Shown here: in pieces, positions 1 through 8,727 of the stretch
How positions within the stretch are numbered: the stretch's first letter is position 1
How the letters are laid out: every line of letters begins with the position of its first letter
From: a virus
IMG/VR virus record: IMGVR_UViG_3300010885_011653
Span: 1 to 64,000 of that record
DNA length: 64,000 bases
Direction: 5' to 3' (one strand)
Notes under the pieces: generated by a model
Told to the model about the DNA's origin: nothing
The model's database searches: none
The model's input: only the letters and a program-made list of their open reading frames with translations
Translations under genes and position numbers: made by a program

Positions 1-438
1 GCCTACAGACAGTGGCGAGCAGATAGCCACTGTAATTTAATACATGGCTACAGCTTTAGTATGAAGTTTTACTTTGGCACCAACGACCTGGATGTACGCA
101 ACTGGGCAGCAGACTACGGTGGATTAAAAGAATTAAAGAACGTATTAGAAAGCCAATTTGACCATACCTTACTGGTAGCAGAAGATGATCCAGAACTAGA
201 AACATACAAGTTACTTGAATCAAAGAACATGGCCAAGCTGACTATACTGCCTAAACTAGGGTGCGAAGGGCTTGCTGATCAATTGTACCGGTATGTCAAT
301 GGTGTGTATATTCCTGACATGTGGGGACAGGCAGAAGCAGATCGTTTGTGGTGCTACAGAGTAGAAGTACGTGAAACACAATCAAATATGGCGTTCCGTG
401 AAGGACACCGTGAATGGAATGAGGATTTATTTGCATGA
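1..438 (+). CDS. queD: 6-carboxy-5,6,7,8-tetrahydropterin synthase (QueD/PTPS family), 5'-truncated by window edge
   Basis: Frame is open from base 1: AYRQWRADSHCNLIHGYSFSMKFYF... with the C-x-x-x-HG motif, DYGGLKELK..FDH, a C-terminal VEVRET, and queE nearby. Confidence 0.85.
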   Translation, partial: AYRQWRADSHCNLIHGYSFSMKFYFGTNDLDVRNWAADYGGLKELKNVLESQFDHTLLVAEDDPELETYKLLESKNMAKLTILPKLGCEGLADQLYRYVNGVYIPDMWGQAEADRLWCYRVEVRETQSNMAFREGHREWNEDLFA

Positions 439-710
439 TGAATAATAAAATTAATGAAACTCTGGTTATATTGCAGGAAGAATGTGCTGAAGTTATTCAA
501 GAAGTAAGCAAGTGTTTTCGCTTTGGCATTGATGCCATGCACAAAGATGGTATGGTACATCGTTCCAAGCTGGAAATGGAAATTGGTGATATGTTAGCCA
601 TGGTTGATATCTTGTTGGATCAAGGTGTTATTACACAAAAGAATCTTGACTTGGCAAAACAAAACAAAGTAAACAAACTTAAAATTTATTCGAGTATATA
701 TGAAGATTAA
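435..710 (+). CDS. MazG-like nucleotide pyrophosphohydrolase
   Basis: LQEECAEVIQ...LEMEIGDMLAMV matches the EExxE...ExxD all-alpha NTP-PPase motif. Confidence 0.8.
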   Translation: MMNNKINETLVILQEECAEVIQEVSKCFRFGIDAMHKDGMVHRSKLEMEIGDMLAMVDILLDQGVITQKNLDLAKQNKVNKLKIYSSIYED

Positions 711-1560
711 AGTCAGCGAAATCTTTTATAGTCTACAAGGCGAAGGTCGCTTTATTGGTGTGCCTAGTGTTTTCTTAAGAACATATGGCTGTAACTTTAC
801 CTGTAGTGGGTTTGGTTGCAAGCCTGGTGAAAAAAGCACAGAAGCAGACGAAGTTGGTCGAGTAGTAGACAAGTATAAAACATTCTTAGAACTACCCTTG
901 GTAACCACAGGTTGCGATAGCTATGCAAGTTGGCATCCAGACTTTAAACATCTGAGCCCAACACATACCACCGAAGAGCTGGTAGAAAAAATGTTGGCAT
1001 TAACTCCTAACAATCAGTGGATGCAAAACAATGGAAATGATGTACACTTGGTTATCACAGGTGGCGAGCCATTGCTGGGTTGGCAACGTGCATATAAAGA
1101 ATTGCTAAGTCATCCACGTATGGCAGACTTAAAGAACATTACATTTGAAACTAATGGTACTCAAGAACTACACGAAGACTTCCGTGATTTCTTAATCGAC
1201 TGGGCAGATGAAAAATCTAGTCGAGAAGTTACATTTAGTGTAAGTGCCAAACTAAGTGCTAGTGGAGAAACTTGGGAAGATGCTATTAAGCCTAAGATTG
1301 TCAATATCTATCAAACATACGGGCATGTATATCTTAAGTTTGTTGTTGAAACAGTTGAACATGTTGATGAAGCTGTTCGAGCTGTTGATGCATTTAGACA
1401 TGACGGATTCAAAGGCTCAGTATATTTGATGCCACAGGGCGGTATTGTTGAGCCATATGATGCTAACAAATTAACCATTGCCAATATCTGCTGTGAGCGC
1501 GGATTTAACTACAGTCCACGCTTACACGTAGATTTGTGGGGCAACGGGTGGGGCAAGTAA
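700..1560 (+). CDS. queE: 7-carboxy-7-deazaguanine synthase (radical SAM QueE)
   Basis: SEIFYSLQGEG..G.PSVFLRTYGCNFTC...GCDS, ITGGEP, ETNGT, LKFVV, YLMPQG, SPRLH. Confidence 0.9.
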   Translation: MKIKVSEIFYSLQGEGRFIGVPSVFLRTYGCNFTCSGFGCKPGEKSTEADEVGRVVDKYKTFLELPLVTTGCDSYASWHPDFKHLSPTHTTEELVEKMLALTPNNQWMQNNGNDVHLVITGGEPLLGWQRAYKELLSHPRMADLKNITFETNGTQELHEDFRDFLIDWADEKSSREVTFSVSAKLSASGETWEDAIKPKIVNIYQTYGHVYLKFVVETVEHVDEAVRAVDAFRHDGFKGSVYLMPQGGIVEPYDANKLTIANICCERGFNYSPRLHVDLWGNGWGK

Positions 1561-1808
1561 TGCCGATCCCAGAGAGTATTAGCATTGCTGGACCAGAAAA
1601 CTATAGTGAAGAACGTTTTTTAGAACGTGCAGACACAGAAGTTAAATGGTCACTACGTCCAAGACGTTGTCATGTTAGCGGTCGTTGGTTGTGGCTCACA
1701 CAAGCCTATCGTGCTGTGTTTGTTATCCACGGTCCAGGAGATCCTGCTGTTTGGTACCGTTGGTACAGTACCACAGAAATGCTTATATTAAAATTAAAAC
1801 ATGGATGA
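1560..1808 (+). CDS. hypothetical protein
   Basis: ATG at 1560 overlaps the queE stop (TAATG); coupled to the next gene. Confidence 0.6.
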   Translation: MPIPESISIAGPENYSEERFLERADTEVKWSLRPRRCHVSGRWLWLTQAYRAVFVIHGPGDPAVWYRWYSTTEMLILKLKHG

Positions 1809-2280
1809 AAAGAAATCTAACGTAACAGACGGACGTGAAAGTTTTGATATTACTGTAGGCAATACTTTAGTTGCTTTCTTTAATCGTAACGTAAGTACAT
1901 ACCCTACCGAAGCTGGTGGACCCAAGTTTGATCTAGTTCCTGTTGAAAAACAAAAAGATGTCATGCTGAACGTGGCACGTATGCATGCCAATCAAGAGTA
2001 TAACAGGATCATGGAATTAGTTGATGTACTACAAAAACAGGCCTCAGAATTAAAGCGCAGATTAGATATTACCGACATGGTTCATGCGGCTAAATACGAG
2101 TTCCAGGTAGCACATGGCCAGACATACTGGTTAGTACAAGATACACGTCAAAACAAACTTATACTATGTGGCATGGGACCAAACGGTTGGTCAGCTGGTG
2201 CTCCTGTGTGGTACAAGTATATTGTAGCAGTAAAATGGCTAGGTGATTACACCTGGATTGAAGTACCTGAAGAGGAATGA
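1801..2280 (+). CDS. DUF2452-like protein
   Basis: YPTEAGGPKF...coiled coil...AKYEFQVAHGQTYWL resembles DUF2452 (recognised by eye). Confidence 0.55.
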   Translation: MDEKKSNVTDGRESFDITVGNTLVAFFNRNVSTYPTEAGGPKFDLVPVEKQKDVMLNVARMHANQEYNRIMELVDVLQKQASELKRRLDITDMVHAAKYEFQVAHGQTYWLVQDTRQNKLILCGMGPNGWSAGAPVWYKYIVAVKWLGDYTWIEVPEEE

Positions 2281-2281
2281 T

Positions 2282-2707
2282 ATGTTCGACAAATTAAAAA
2301 ATATGTTTAAGAGTCCAGAACTGTTGACGCCAGTTCCAAATGAAGCTGTTAAACAGCTTAAAAAAGAACGTGCTAAGAAACCCGCTAAATCTGCTAAAGA
2401 TCTCGCGACAGAAGCAGGCGAACCTTATGTGGCTATTCTTAGTGTAGAGCTAGATCCAGAAAACATTGGCAATGGCGCATTTGAATTGGATTGGAATGAC
2501 AAATTTATTACCAATTTGGTTCGTGCAGGATATCAGCAAAAGGCCGGAGAAGAAGAAACCGTTATTGTAGACCGTTGGTTTGCTGATGTATGCAAAAACG
2601 TATTGTCTGAAAATTTCGAGCAGTGGGAAGCCAACCAACCATATGATAACCGACCACGCAACGTAGACCGTAAAGATCTAGGAAACGGTAAAACGGAAGT
2701 AAGTTAG
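2282..2707 (+). CDS. hypothetical phage protein
   Basis: Probable ATG at 2282 after GAGG; acidic core FELDWNDKFI..L..AGY. Confidence 0.7.
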   Translation: MFDKLKNMFKSPELLTPVPNEAVKQLKKERAKKPAKSAKDLATEAGEPYVAILSVELDPENIGNGAFELDWNDKFITNLVRAGYQQKAGEEETVIVDRWFADVCKNVLSENFEQWEANQPYDNRPRNVDRKDLGNGKTEVS

Positions 2708-2708
2708 G

Positions 2709-2737
2709 TTGACCATTAAATAATTATATGCTACTAT
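2709..2737 (+). promoter_or_regulatory. sigma70-type promoter
   Basis: TTGACC-17 bp-TACTAT with TG extension, upstream of the exonuclease. Confidence 0.6.
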
Positions 2738-2765
2738 TATAACATATAACTTTAATTGGAAATTC

Positions 2766-3761
2766 ATGCGTTACTTACTTGTAGATACAGCTAACACATT
2801 CTTTCGTGCTAGACACGCCGCACACCGTCAGGCTGATACTTGGGATCGGCTTGGTTTTGCCATTCACGTTACGCTAAATAGTGTTAGTAAGAGTTTTAGA
2901 GATCAAAAAGCAGACCACGTTATTTTCTGTTTAGAAGGACGTAGTTGGCGCAAAGATTTTTATACACCATACAAGGCCAACCGTACTGTAGCTCGTGCGG
3001 CACTTACAGAAAAAGAACAAGAAGAAGATAAGTTATTTTGGGAGACCTTTGATACTCTCAAAGACTACCTTGCTAACAAGACAAACTGCACAGTTTTACA
3101 ACACCCCGAATTAGAAGCAGATGATTTAATTGCTGGTTTTATTCAAGCTCATCCTGCAGACCATCATACTATTGTATCTAGCGATACAGACTTTCATCAA
3201 TTACTAGCAGAAAACGTAAATCAATATAACGGAATTGCAGATGAACTCCATACTATACAAGGTATTTTCGACAAAAAAGGTAAAGCAGTCATCGATAAAA
3301 AAACTAAGGAAGCAAAAACAATTCCGGATCCTAGCTGGATTCTTTTCGAAAAGTGTATGCGGGGAGATCCCACTGACAATGTGTTTAGTGCGTACCCTGG
3401 GGTCCGTACGGTTGGAAGTAAAAATAAAGTCGGGCTCACCGAAGCATTTGCAGATAAAGATGCGAAAGGCTTTGCGTGGAATAATTTGATGCTACAGCGG
3501 TGGACTGATCATAACAACGTTGAACACAAGGTTTTGGATGATTATAATCGTAACGTAACTCTGGTTGATTTGTCTGCACAACCTGCAGATATCAAAGCTA
3601 AAATTACAGAAACTATCACAGCAGGTGCAGTACCACTTGGTCGCCCCATGGTAGGAGCACATTTCCTAAAACTATGCGGCAAGTATGATTTAGTTAAGAT
3701 GTCAGAAATGTCTGACAGTTTTGTTCGCTTCTTAGAAGCAAGTTATCCGGAAAAAGAATAA
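2766..3761 (+). CDS. rnh: 5'-3' exonuclease / T4-type RNase H (FEN/PIN fold)
   Basis: LLVDTAN, SWRKDFY..YKANR, ELEADDLI, IVSSDTDFHQL, GDPTDNV..YPGV. Confidence 0.85.
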   Translation: MRYLLVDTANTFFRARHAAHRQADTWDRLGFAIHVTLNSVSKSFRDQKADHVIFCLEGRSWRKDFYTPYKANRTVARAALTEKEQEEDKLFWETFDTLKDYLANKTNCTVLQHPELEADDLIAGFIQAHPADHHTIVSSDTDFHQLLAENVNQYNGIADELHTIQGIFDKKGKAVIDKKTKEAKTIPDPSWILFEKCMRGDPTDNVFSAYPGVRTVGSKNKVGLTEAFADKDAKGFAWNNLMLQRWTDHNNVEHKVLDDYNRNVTLVDLSAQPADIKAKITETITAGAVPLGRPMVGAHFLKLCGKYDLVKMSEMSDSFVRFLEASYPEKE

Positions 3762-3762
3762 C

Positions 3763-3942
3763 ATGACACGTTGGACTATCACGCTCGAAGAAGCAGATGA
3801 CGGCAGTGGCGATTTAGTTATGCCATTACCGCAAGATCTATTAGATGGCGCTGGATGGAAAGAAGGCGATACCATTGAGTGGATTGACAACAACAACGGC
3901 ACTTGGTCGATGAAGAAAGTAGAAGTAACCGATAACAAATGA
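3763..3942 (+). CDS. AbrB/MazE/SpoVT-like small DNA-binding protein (59 aa, not in ORF track)
   Basis: Manual translation MTRWTITLEEADDGSGDLVMPLPQDLLDGAGWKEGDTIEWIDNNNGTWSMKK...; it fills the gap and its stop overlaps the next ATG. Confidence 0.7.
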   Translation: MTRWTITLEEADDGSGDLVMPLPQDLLDGAGWKEGDTIEWIDNNNGTWSMKKVEVTDNK

Positions 3943-4127
3943 AATTCTTTAATCTATCTACTGTTATTGTATTAATTATGACTGTTGCAAGTATATTTGC
4001 AATACTCAACTGGCCCAGAAATGGTGTTGTGGTATATAACTGTACTATTGCTGAAATTAGTCCAGACATTCCCCTTAAAGTCAAAGAGGCCTGCAGGAAG
4101 GCCAACGCAGAGGCATATAGAAAATGA
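3939..4127 (+). CDS. small membrane-anchored hypothetical protein
   Basis: N-terminal hydrophobic helix; ATGA overlaps at both ends. Confidence 0.65.
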   Translation: MKFFNLSTVIVLIMTVASIFAILNWPRNGVVVYNCTIAEISPDIPLKVKEACRKANAEAYRK

Positions 4128-4492
4128 TCAACATTAAAATTGCATTACTAATTTTGTTACTATTGCAAATCAAACATTGGTATATTGATTTTGTCAATCA
4201 ATCAATGGAAGAAGTTAAATCAAAAGGCATATACGGCGACTGGCCGGGTATATGGCACAGTGGCAAACATGGATTGGCCACTGCTGTTATCTTTAGCCTA
4301 TTTGTTAGTGCCCCAGTGGCGTTTGCCATTGGCGTATTAGATTTTGCCACACACTATCACACCGATTGGACCAAAATGAATTACGGTAACCGTGATATTA
4401 CCACTCCACAATTCTGGAACCACCTTGGCCTTGACCAAATGGCGCACCAGATTGTGTATATTATATTGATAGGATTAATTGTATGGAAATGA
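4124..4492 (+). CDS. DUF3307-like membrane protein
   Basis: KHWYIDFVNQ, HSGKHG, HYHTDWTK, GLDQMAHQ His motifs between hydrophobic segments. Confidence 0.7.
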   Translation: MINIKIALLILLLLQIKHWYIDFVNQSMEEVKSKGIYGDWPGIWHSGKHGLATAVIFSLFVSAPVAFAIGVLDFATHYHTDWTKMNYGNRDITTPQFWNHLGLDQMAHQIVYIILIGLIVWK

Positions 4493-4956
4493 TTGCAAAA
4501 CCCGTAGTAAAGAATAAATTCTGGATTGTAGAATCCCAAGGTACCAAGATTGGTAACATACAGGCCTGTGATGAAGGCGGTGTTGTATATGTACACGACA
4601 ACCAACGTGAAATGTTTCCCAGCATCAAACTGCTCAGTACCAAGTACAACATCACCTTTGTCAAAGCAGAAAAGCCTAAGAAGATCAAACAAGATGTTTA
4701 TGATGTCTATGGCTTTCCAACCAACACACAGCCCAACAACGAAGTATTAGATGTACAGCGTTACTTGCCTATATACACCAAAGGTGTTAAAAGCAAGAGT
4801 TTCTTTTGTGCCGGCTATTACATTATTAAGTTTAGCAGTACTTGGGTTCGTGCTTATTGCCCTAAGTTAATTACATTGAATCGCTACGAATACGAAGGTC
4901 CGTTTAAGACACAAGATCGTATGCTAGAAGCAATGAAGGAAGCAAATGGACAATAA
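4483..4956 (+). CDS. hypothetical phage protein
   Basis: 157-aa ORF in coupled operon. Confidence 0.7.
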   Translation: MEMIAKPVVKNKFWIVESQGTKIGNIQACDEGGVVYVHDNQREMFPSIKLLSTKYNITFVKAEKPKKIKQDVYDVYGFPTNTQPNNEVLDVQRYLPIYTKGVKSKSFFCAGYYIIKFSSTWVRAYCPKLITLNRYEYEGPFKTQDRMLEAMKEANGQ

Positions 4957-5158
4957 TTTGCCATTACAGATTAAAAAGTTTAACGATAAGGTCAGAGCCA
5001 TGAATCAAAGTAATGGCAAGGTTCTTACACTAAATGCTGAAGAAGCTCGCGGTTTACACGCCGAAATCTATGATTTGATGGCCACAATTAGCCATCTAGC
5101 CAACTCTGCTACTAACGAGCCAACTGTTGCTATTAGCATGGATGGTGGTAAATTTTAA
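4946..5158 (+). CDS. hypothetical protein
   Basis: AAGGA RBS; overlaps the upstream gene. Confidence 0.65.
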   Translation: MDNNLPLQIKKFNDKVRAMNQSNGKVLTLNAEEARGLHAEIYDLMATISHLANSATNEPTVAISMDGGKF

Positions 5159-5210
5159 CTAAATATGCGTATATATTGAGATAAATAAACTGCGTATCGA
5201 GGATCATTAA

Positions 5211-5498
5211 ATGAGCAGACCTAAACCAACTGTGTTGTTGGACCATGTGAACAAAACCAATTATAAGAGCGAGCAGGTATTGAGCTCTGACGGTATCTGG
5301 GCGGTCTTTTACAACAATCAATCTATCAATCTCAAGACACATAATATACTTGTGTCGTATCCTGGCCCTAAGTACAAGAAGGTAAGTTTCAGTAATCCGG
5401 GTCATGCTATTAATCTTTGCAAGAAACTCAACACCTTGTTTAAGACCGACAAGTTCAGCGTTCACTTGCTCAAAGCCGGTGACAAAATTTTCCCCTAA
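5211..5498 (+). CDS. hypothetical basic phage protein
   Basis: GAGG RBS; ATAAATA late-promoter-like motif at 5181-5187. Confidence 0.7.
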   Translation: MSRPKPTVLLDHVNKTNYKSEQVLSSDGIWAVFYNNQSINLKTHNILVSYPGPKYKKVSFSNPGHAINLCKKLNTLFKTDKFSVHLLKAGDKIFP

Positions 5499-5859
5499 GC
5501 GGTACACTCAAAGTCAGCTAAGTAAAATCTTTTTTGAATTAGCTGACGTGCCCGTTGGCCACCACCATCAACATCGCATGAACATCTGGACCAATCCCAC
5601 TGACAATAACAGTCTACGACTTACCTTAGCGGGCTTGCAGTTTGTTAAAAGCAATCTTGATCTTAAGAGTTATAAATTTGAACTTGAAGAAGAACTAACC
5701 AACCAAAACATCTTACAGTTAGAACGATTATTCCAAGGTCCTTACTACTTGCTCAAACGCCAGAAAATAATAGTGTTCGAAGAAAGTGAGGCCATGATGC
5801 TGACCTTACACGGCAACAATCTTAAGGCCTATTTGGATAACTTAGAATCAACAAGTTAG
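5479..5859 (+). CDS. hypothetical protein (start uncertain; frame open from 5404)
   Basis: Probable GTG start overlapping the end of the upstream gene. Confidence 0.55.
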   Translation: MTKFSPKRYTQSQLSKIFFELADVPVGHHHQHRMNIWTNPTDNNSLRLTLAGLQFVKSNLDLKSYKFELEEELTNQNILQLERLFQGPYYLLKRQKIIVFEESEAMMLTLHGNNLKAYLDNLESTS

Positions 5860-5889
5860 TACACACTAACCTAAATTTAACCAAAATAG

Positions 5890-5918
5890 TTGACGTTATA
5901 CAGGTTATACTGTATAGT
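5890..5918 (+). promoter_or_regulatory. sigma70 promoter with embedded inverted repeat
   Basis: TTGACG-17 bp-TATAGT; contains TATACAG-N6-CTGTATA. Confidence 0.6.
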
Positions 5919-5979
5919 TACAAATAGCAGTACATTTATTAACTGATCCCATATTGTTTGGGTAAAAAGGAAAACTAAA

Positions 5980-7026
5980 ATGGTACAACGCCTCACACGT
6001 AAATTATCTGACGTGGCTCAAGAAGTCGAACTCCAACTCAAAGCCCACTATAACGTAACCGACAAAGACCTTGCCGCTTGGCGCTATGCGTCTAGAGCCT
6101 GTGGTTCATTCCCACTAAGCAACATGGTACCTATTGCCGATCTTTGGATTGACTACGAAGTTCAACGTGACGTGCTACATAAGCATATTATCAACATTAT
6201 GAAGAAATGGGACAGCCAGATTTGTAGTCCTGTTTCTGCTTGTCGACTAGTTCACACCGATCGAATTAACACATATGATGGCCAACATCGTACTATCAGC
6301 GCGGCAATCTTGGGCTTTGTAGAAGTTCCTTGTGCTGTGGTAGTAACAGACGACAAGAACTTTGCCAGTTATGCTTTCGAAATGCTCAATGACACTGGCG
6401 TTAAACGTCTAACTCCAGGCGACTTGCATCGCAATGCACTGGTGCGTTTTAAAAATGGTAGCCGTGATATTAAGGTTGTACGTGCTCGTGCAATGCAAGA
6501 TCAATTTGATTCGCTTGGGATTGATTTACAAGATAAAAATTCCCGTAGCAGTCCTGCTTTACGTGGCGACAACGACTATTTTATGAGTCACTTTAAGTAT
6601 GCACAAAAGGGCATTGAAATTGATGAGAGCGGCAAAGTACTACACAGTATTTTAAGCGCAATCAAAGAAGTATTTCCATTACAAGAAGAAATTGATCAAG
6701 GTGTGTTTATTGGCTTGTACGAATTGCAACGGCTAATTGGCACCAACCCTAATCTTAACATGCCTGCTGATTGGATGAAAACTTTATTGGTTAGCGTTAA
6801 AACTAGCTTTAAGAGTTCACGTCTTGCACATGATAAGGCCAAGGTACAATGGGAACATACTCATCCTGGTGCAGGTTGGACTGCTCCAATGGCTATGGCT
6901 AACTTTATGCGTGAGTTACATATTCACAACGGCGGTAAGTTAAACTTGCCATATCACGGGGAAGGTAGTAAAGTGGGTATTGAAGCTGGTAATTTCGTAC
7001 CTGGCTTATTCCCGGAGGTAGCATAA
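5980..7026 (+). CDS. ParB/Srx-fold DGQHR-domain protein
   Basis: IDYEVQR..., YDGQHRTISA..LG...VPC.V, F..LN motifs typical of ParB/DGQHR NTPase domains. Confidence 0.7.
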   Translation: MVQRLTRKLSDVAQEVELQLKAHYNVTDKDLAAWRYASRACGSFPLSNMVPIADLWIDYEVQRDVLHKHIINIMKKWDSQICSPVSACRLVHTDRINTYDGQHRTISAAILGFVEVPCAVVVTDDKNFASYAFEMLNDTGVKRLTPGDLHRNALVRFKNGSRDIKVVRARAMQDQFDSLGIDLQDKNSRSSPALRGDNDYFMSHFKYAQKGIEIDESGKVLHSILSAIKEVFPLQEEIDQGVFIGLYELQRLIGTNPNLNMPADWMKTLLVSVKTSFKSSRLAHDKAKVQWEHTHPGAGWTAPMAMANFMRELHIHNGGKLNLPYHGEGSKVGIEAGNFVPGLFPEVA

Positions 7027-7027
7027 T

Positions 7028-7510
7028 ATGGCAAACGGACAAAGAGAAAAATGTGCTAATATTGGTTGTAATAATTTACAAATTCCGTCGCGTGGTAAAA
7101 TTGGTGCCCACGGAACTCGATATAGGGCAGTATGCAGTTTGTGTCACGAGTCTAGTTATAAAGGATACAATTTACCATATGGGATAACTGATTTTAAAAA
7201 GTATTGTTGCAGTAACCATAATGGAAAATTAGGATTCCCGTGCTCAACCGATCACAGTAAAATACAAGATACACGAGGTAAGTTTCATATCGACCACATA
7301 AACGGAGACTGTACTAATAATCAGTTAGATAATTTACAAGAGTTATGTTTAAACTGTCATCAAGAAAAAGGTATGAGAGCAGGCGATTATGCTAAAACTA
7401 GTAATACAGGAAGAGCATCAAACTCTGTAAAAAAGTCAAAACCGGTTAATGTGTTCGAAGAGTTATTCGAATATACTAACTATAATGTTAGAGAATACAA
7501 AAATGCTTAA
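7028..7510 (+). CDS. HNH endonuclease (probable homing endonuclease)
   Basis: HIDHINGDCTNNQLDNLQELCLNCH plus N-terminal Cys pairs. Confidence 0.8.
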   Translation: MANGQREKCANIGCNNLQIPSRGKIGAHGTRYRAVCSLCHESSYKGYNLPYGITDFKKYCCSNHNGKLGFPCSTDHSKIQDTRGKFHIDHINGDCTNNQLDNLQELCLNCHQEKGMRAGDYAKTSNTGRASNSVKKSKPVNVFEELFEYTNYNVREYKNA

Positions 7511-8060
7511 AGAATCTCTAGACAGTTTTATTGCACCCAATTACGGCAAGACTACTCGTACCGCAGAAACTTATAAAACAGTTGCCGCTTACTGTAAAAA
7601 GAACCTAGACCGACTAGTTGTAGATTACAGTCAAGTAGTTAATGATCAACAGTTGTTGCGTGAAATTCGCAATGATATTGATTATTACCTGCGTCGCTAT
7701 CACGAGTACTGTATTCAACAACGTGACGGTATGAAAGCGCACTACCACGAAATTGGTGCAGATGAGGACTGTGATTTTGAGCATTTAATCCCGGCAAGCC
7801 GTATTCGCGACTTACTATTAGCCGGACGTATTACTGTAGTTCAAGCTCTTAATCCTCCTACTGTAAGACTAAGCCGTGCTAAACACATGGCCTTAAAAGA
7901 TGCGGGCTGGGCTAGCAAAACCCCTAACATGTGGTTGCCCTTTGAGCGATATACTAACGTATTCCAAGCAGAATACCAAACACATGATGGTACTGTAATT
8001 GACCCTGCTATGTGGACACTGGAAAAACATTATAGTTATTTTCAACACTTAGTACTATAA
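7503..8060 (+). CDS. hypothetical protein with His-Me-finger-like DFEHLIP motif
   Basis: DFEHLIPAS resembles the EHxxP motif of HNH/DUF1524 nucleases; ATG at 7503. Confidence 0.55.
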   Translation: MLKESLDSFIAPNYGKTTRTAETYKTVAAYCKKNLDRLVVDYSQVVNDQQLLREIRNDIDYYLRRYHEYCIQQRDGMKAHYHEIGADEDCDFEHLIPASRIRDLLLAGRITVVQALNPPTVRLSRAKHMALKDAGWASKTPNMWLPFERYTNVFQAEYQTHDGTVIDPAMWTLEKHYSYFQHLVL

Positions 8061-8078
8061 TGTTGCATAAAAACAACA
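8061..8078. repeat. 18-bp palindromic box TGTTGCATAAAAACAACA, copy 1
   Basis: Identical copy at 10615-10632; TGTTG-N8-CAACA dyad. Confidence 0.8.
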
Positions 8079-8084
8079 CTTTTT

Positions 8085-8107
8085 AGCCCCGTTTTTGGGG
8101 CTTTTTT
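8085..8107 (+). terminator. Rho-independent terminator
   Basis: AGCCCC-GTTTTT-GGGGCT hairpin followed by a T-tract. Confidence 0.8.
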
Positions 8108-8143
8108 ATGGCTAAAATGCTGATTTTGGTTGGTCCAAAATGC

Positions 8144-8182
8144 CCAAAATGCTATAATAGTTGTATTGTAAATGAAACGGAG
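8144..8182 (+). promoter_or_regulatory. 39-bp promoter+RBS cassette, copy 1 (extended -10 TGCTATAAT ... GGAG)
   Basis: CCAAAATGCTATAATAGTTGTATTGTAAATGAAACGGAG, identical to 8728-8766. Confidence 0.85.
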
Positions 8183-8189
8183 TTAAATT

Positions 8190-8489
8190 ATGGTATCAGA
8201 CGAGATCAGATTTCAGCGTTGTACAGACTACAGTAAGTTAGCTGGTAGTTTTAAACTTGGTTATGTTGATGCTTCTTACAGTACGCTAGAGAAGATCTTT
8301 GGTAAGCCCTGTCAAGAGTTTAAAGAACGTAATCAAACTGACGTAGAATGGCACTTAGAGTTTGAGGACGGTACGTTTGCAAGTATTTACAATCGCATAG
8401 GCGGTCGATGGACAAATAGAGCAGTAGTGGGCAGTCCAAACAGAAATGCCTTGGCTTTAGTAAGAGCGTACATTGCAGAATTAGGTTGA
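8190..8489 (+). CDS. hypothetical early phage protein
   Basis: Own promoter and RBS; GYVDASY..L...FGKP...DVEW.LEFEDG. Confidence 0.75.
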   Translation: MVSDEIRFQRCTDYSKLAGSFKLGYVDASYSTLEKIFGKPCQEFKERNQTDVEWHLEFEDGTFASIYNRIGGRWTNRAVVGSPNRNALALVRAYIAELG

Positions 8490-8514
8490 CAGTAAATGGC
8501 ATTTCGGCCATAAT
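8486..8514 (+). promoter_or_regulatory. sigma70 promoter
   Basis: TTGACA-17 bp-CATAAT followed by AAACGGAG RBS. Confidence 0.75.
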
Positions 8515-8544
8515 ACTTACACACTAAACAAAACGGAGTAAGAA

Positions 8545-8712
8545 ATGGATTACTTGATCAAAATGGAAATGGCCAAAGCCAACATCGCTCGTGCTATTGC
8601 TGAGTTAAAAGAAGTTGACGGAATGGAGTACATGGTCGAGCAGTTGCAGGAAATGAAGTCAGAATTAAGCGAAGAAATCGTCGAGTATAAACAACACTCA
8701 GACTTAGAGTAG
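8545..8712 (+). CDS. small coiled-coil hypothetical protein (55 aa, not in ORF track)
   Basis: Manual translation MDYLIKMEMAKANIARAIAELKEVDGMEYMVEQLQEMKSELSEEIVEYKQHSDLE; own promoter and GGAG RBS. Confidence 0.75.
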   Translation: MDYLIKMEMAKANIARAIAELKEVDGMEYMVEQLQEMKSELSEEIVEYKQHSDLE

Positions 8713-8727
8713 GTTGTACCAAAATTG

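Noticed and set aside
5919-5979. Leader with small hairpins as a preQ1 or other riboswitch
   Set aside because: Stems are only 4-5 bp and lack the preQ1 consensus; cannot be supported without a covariance search.
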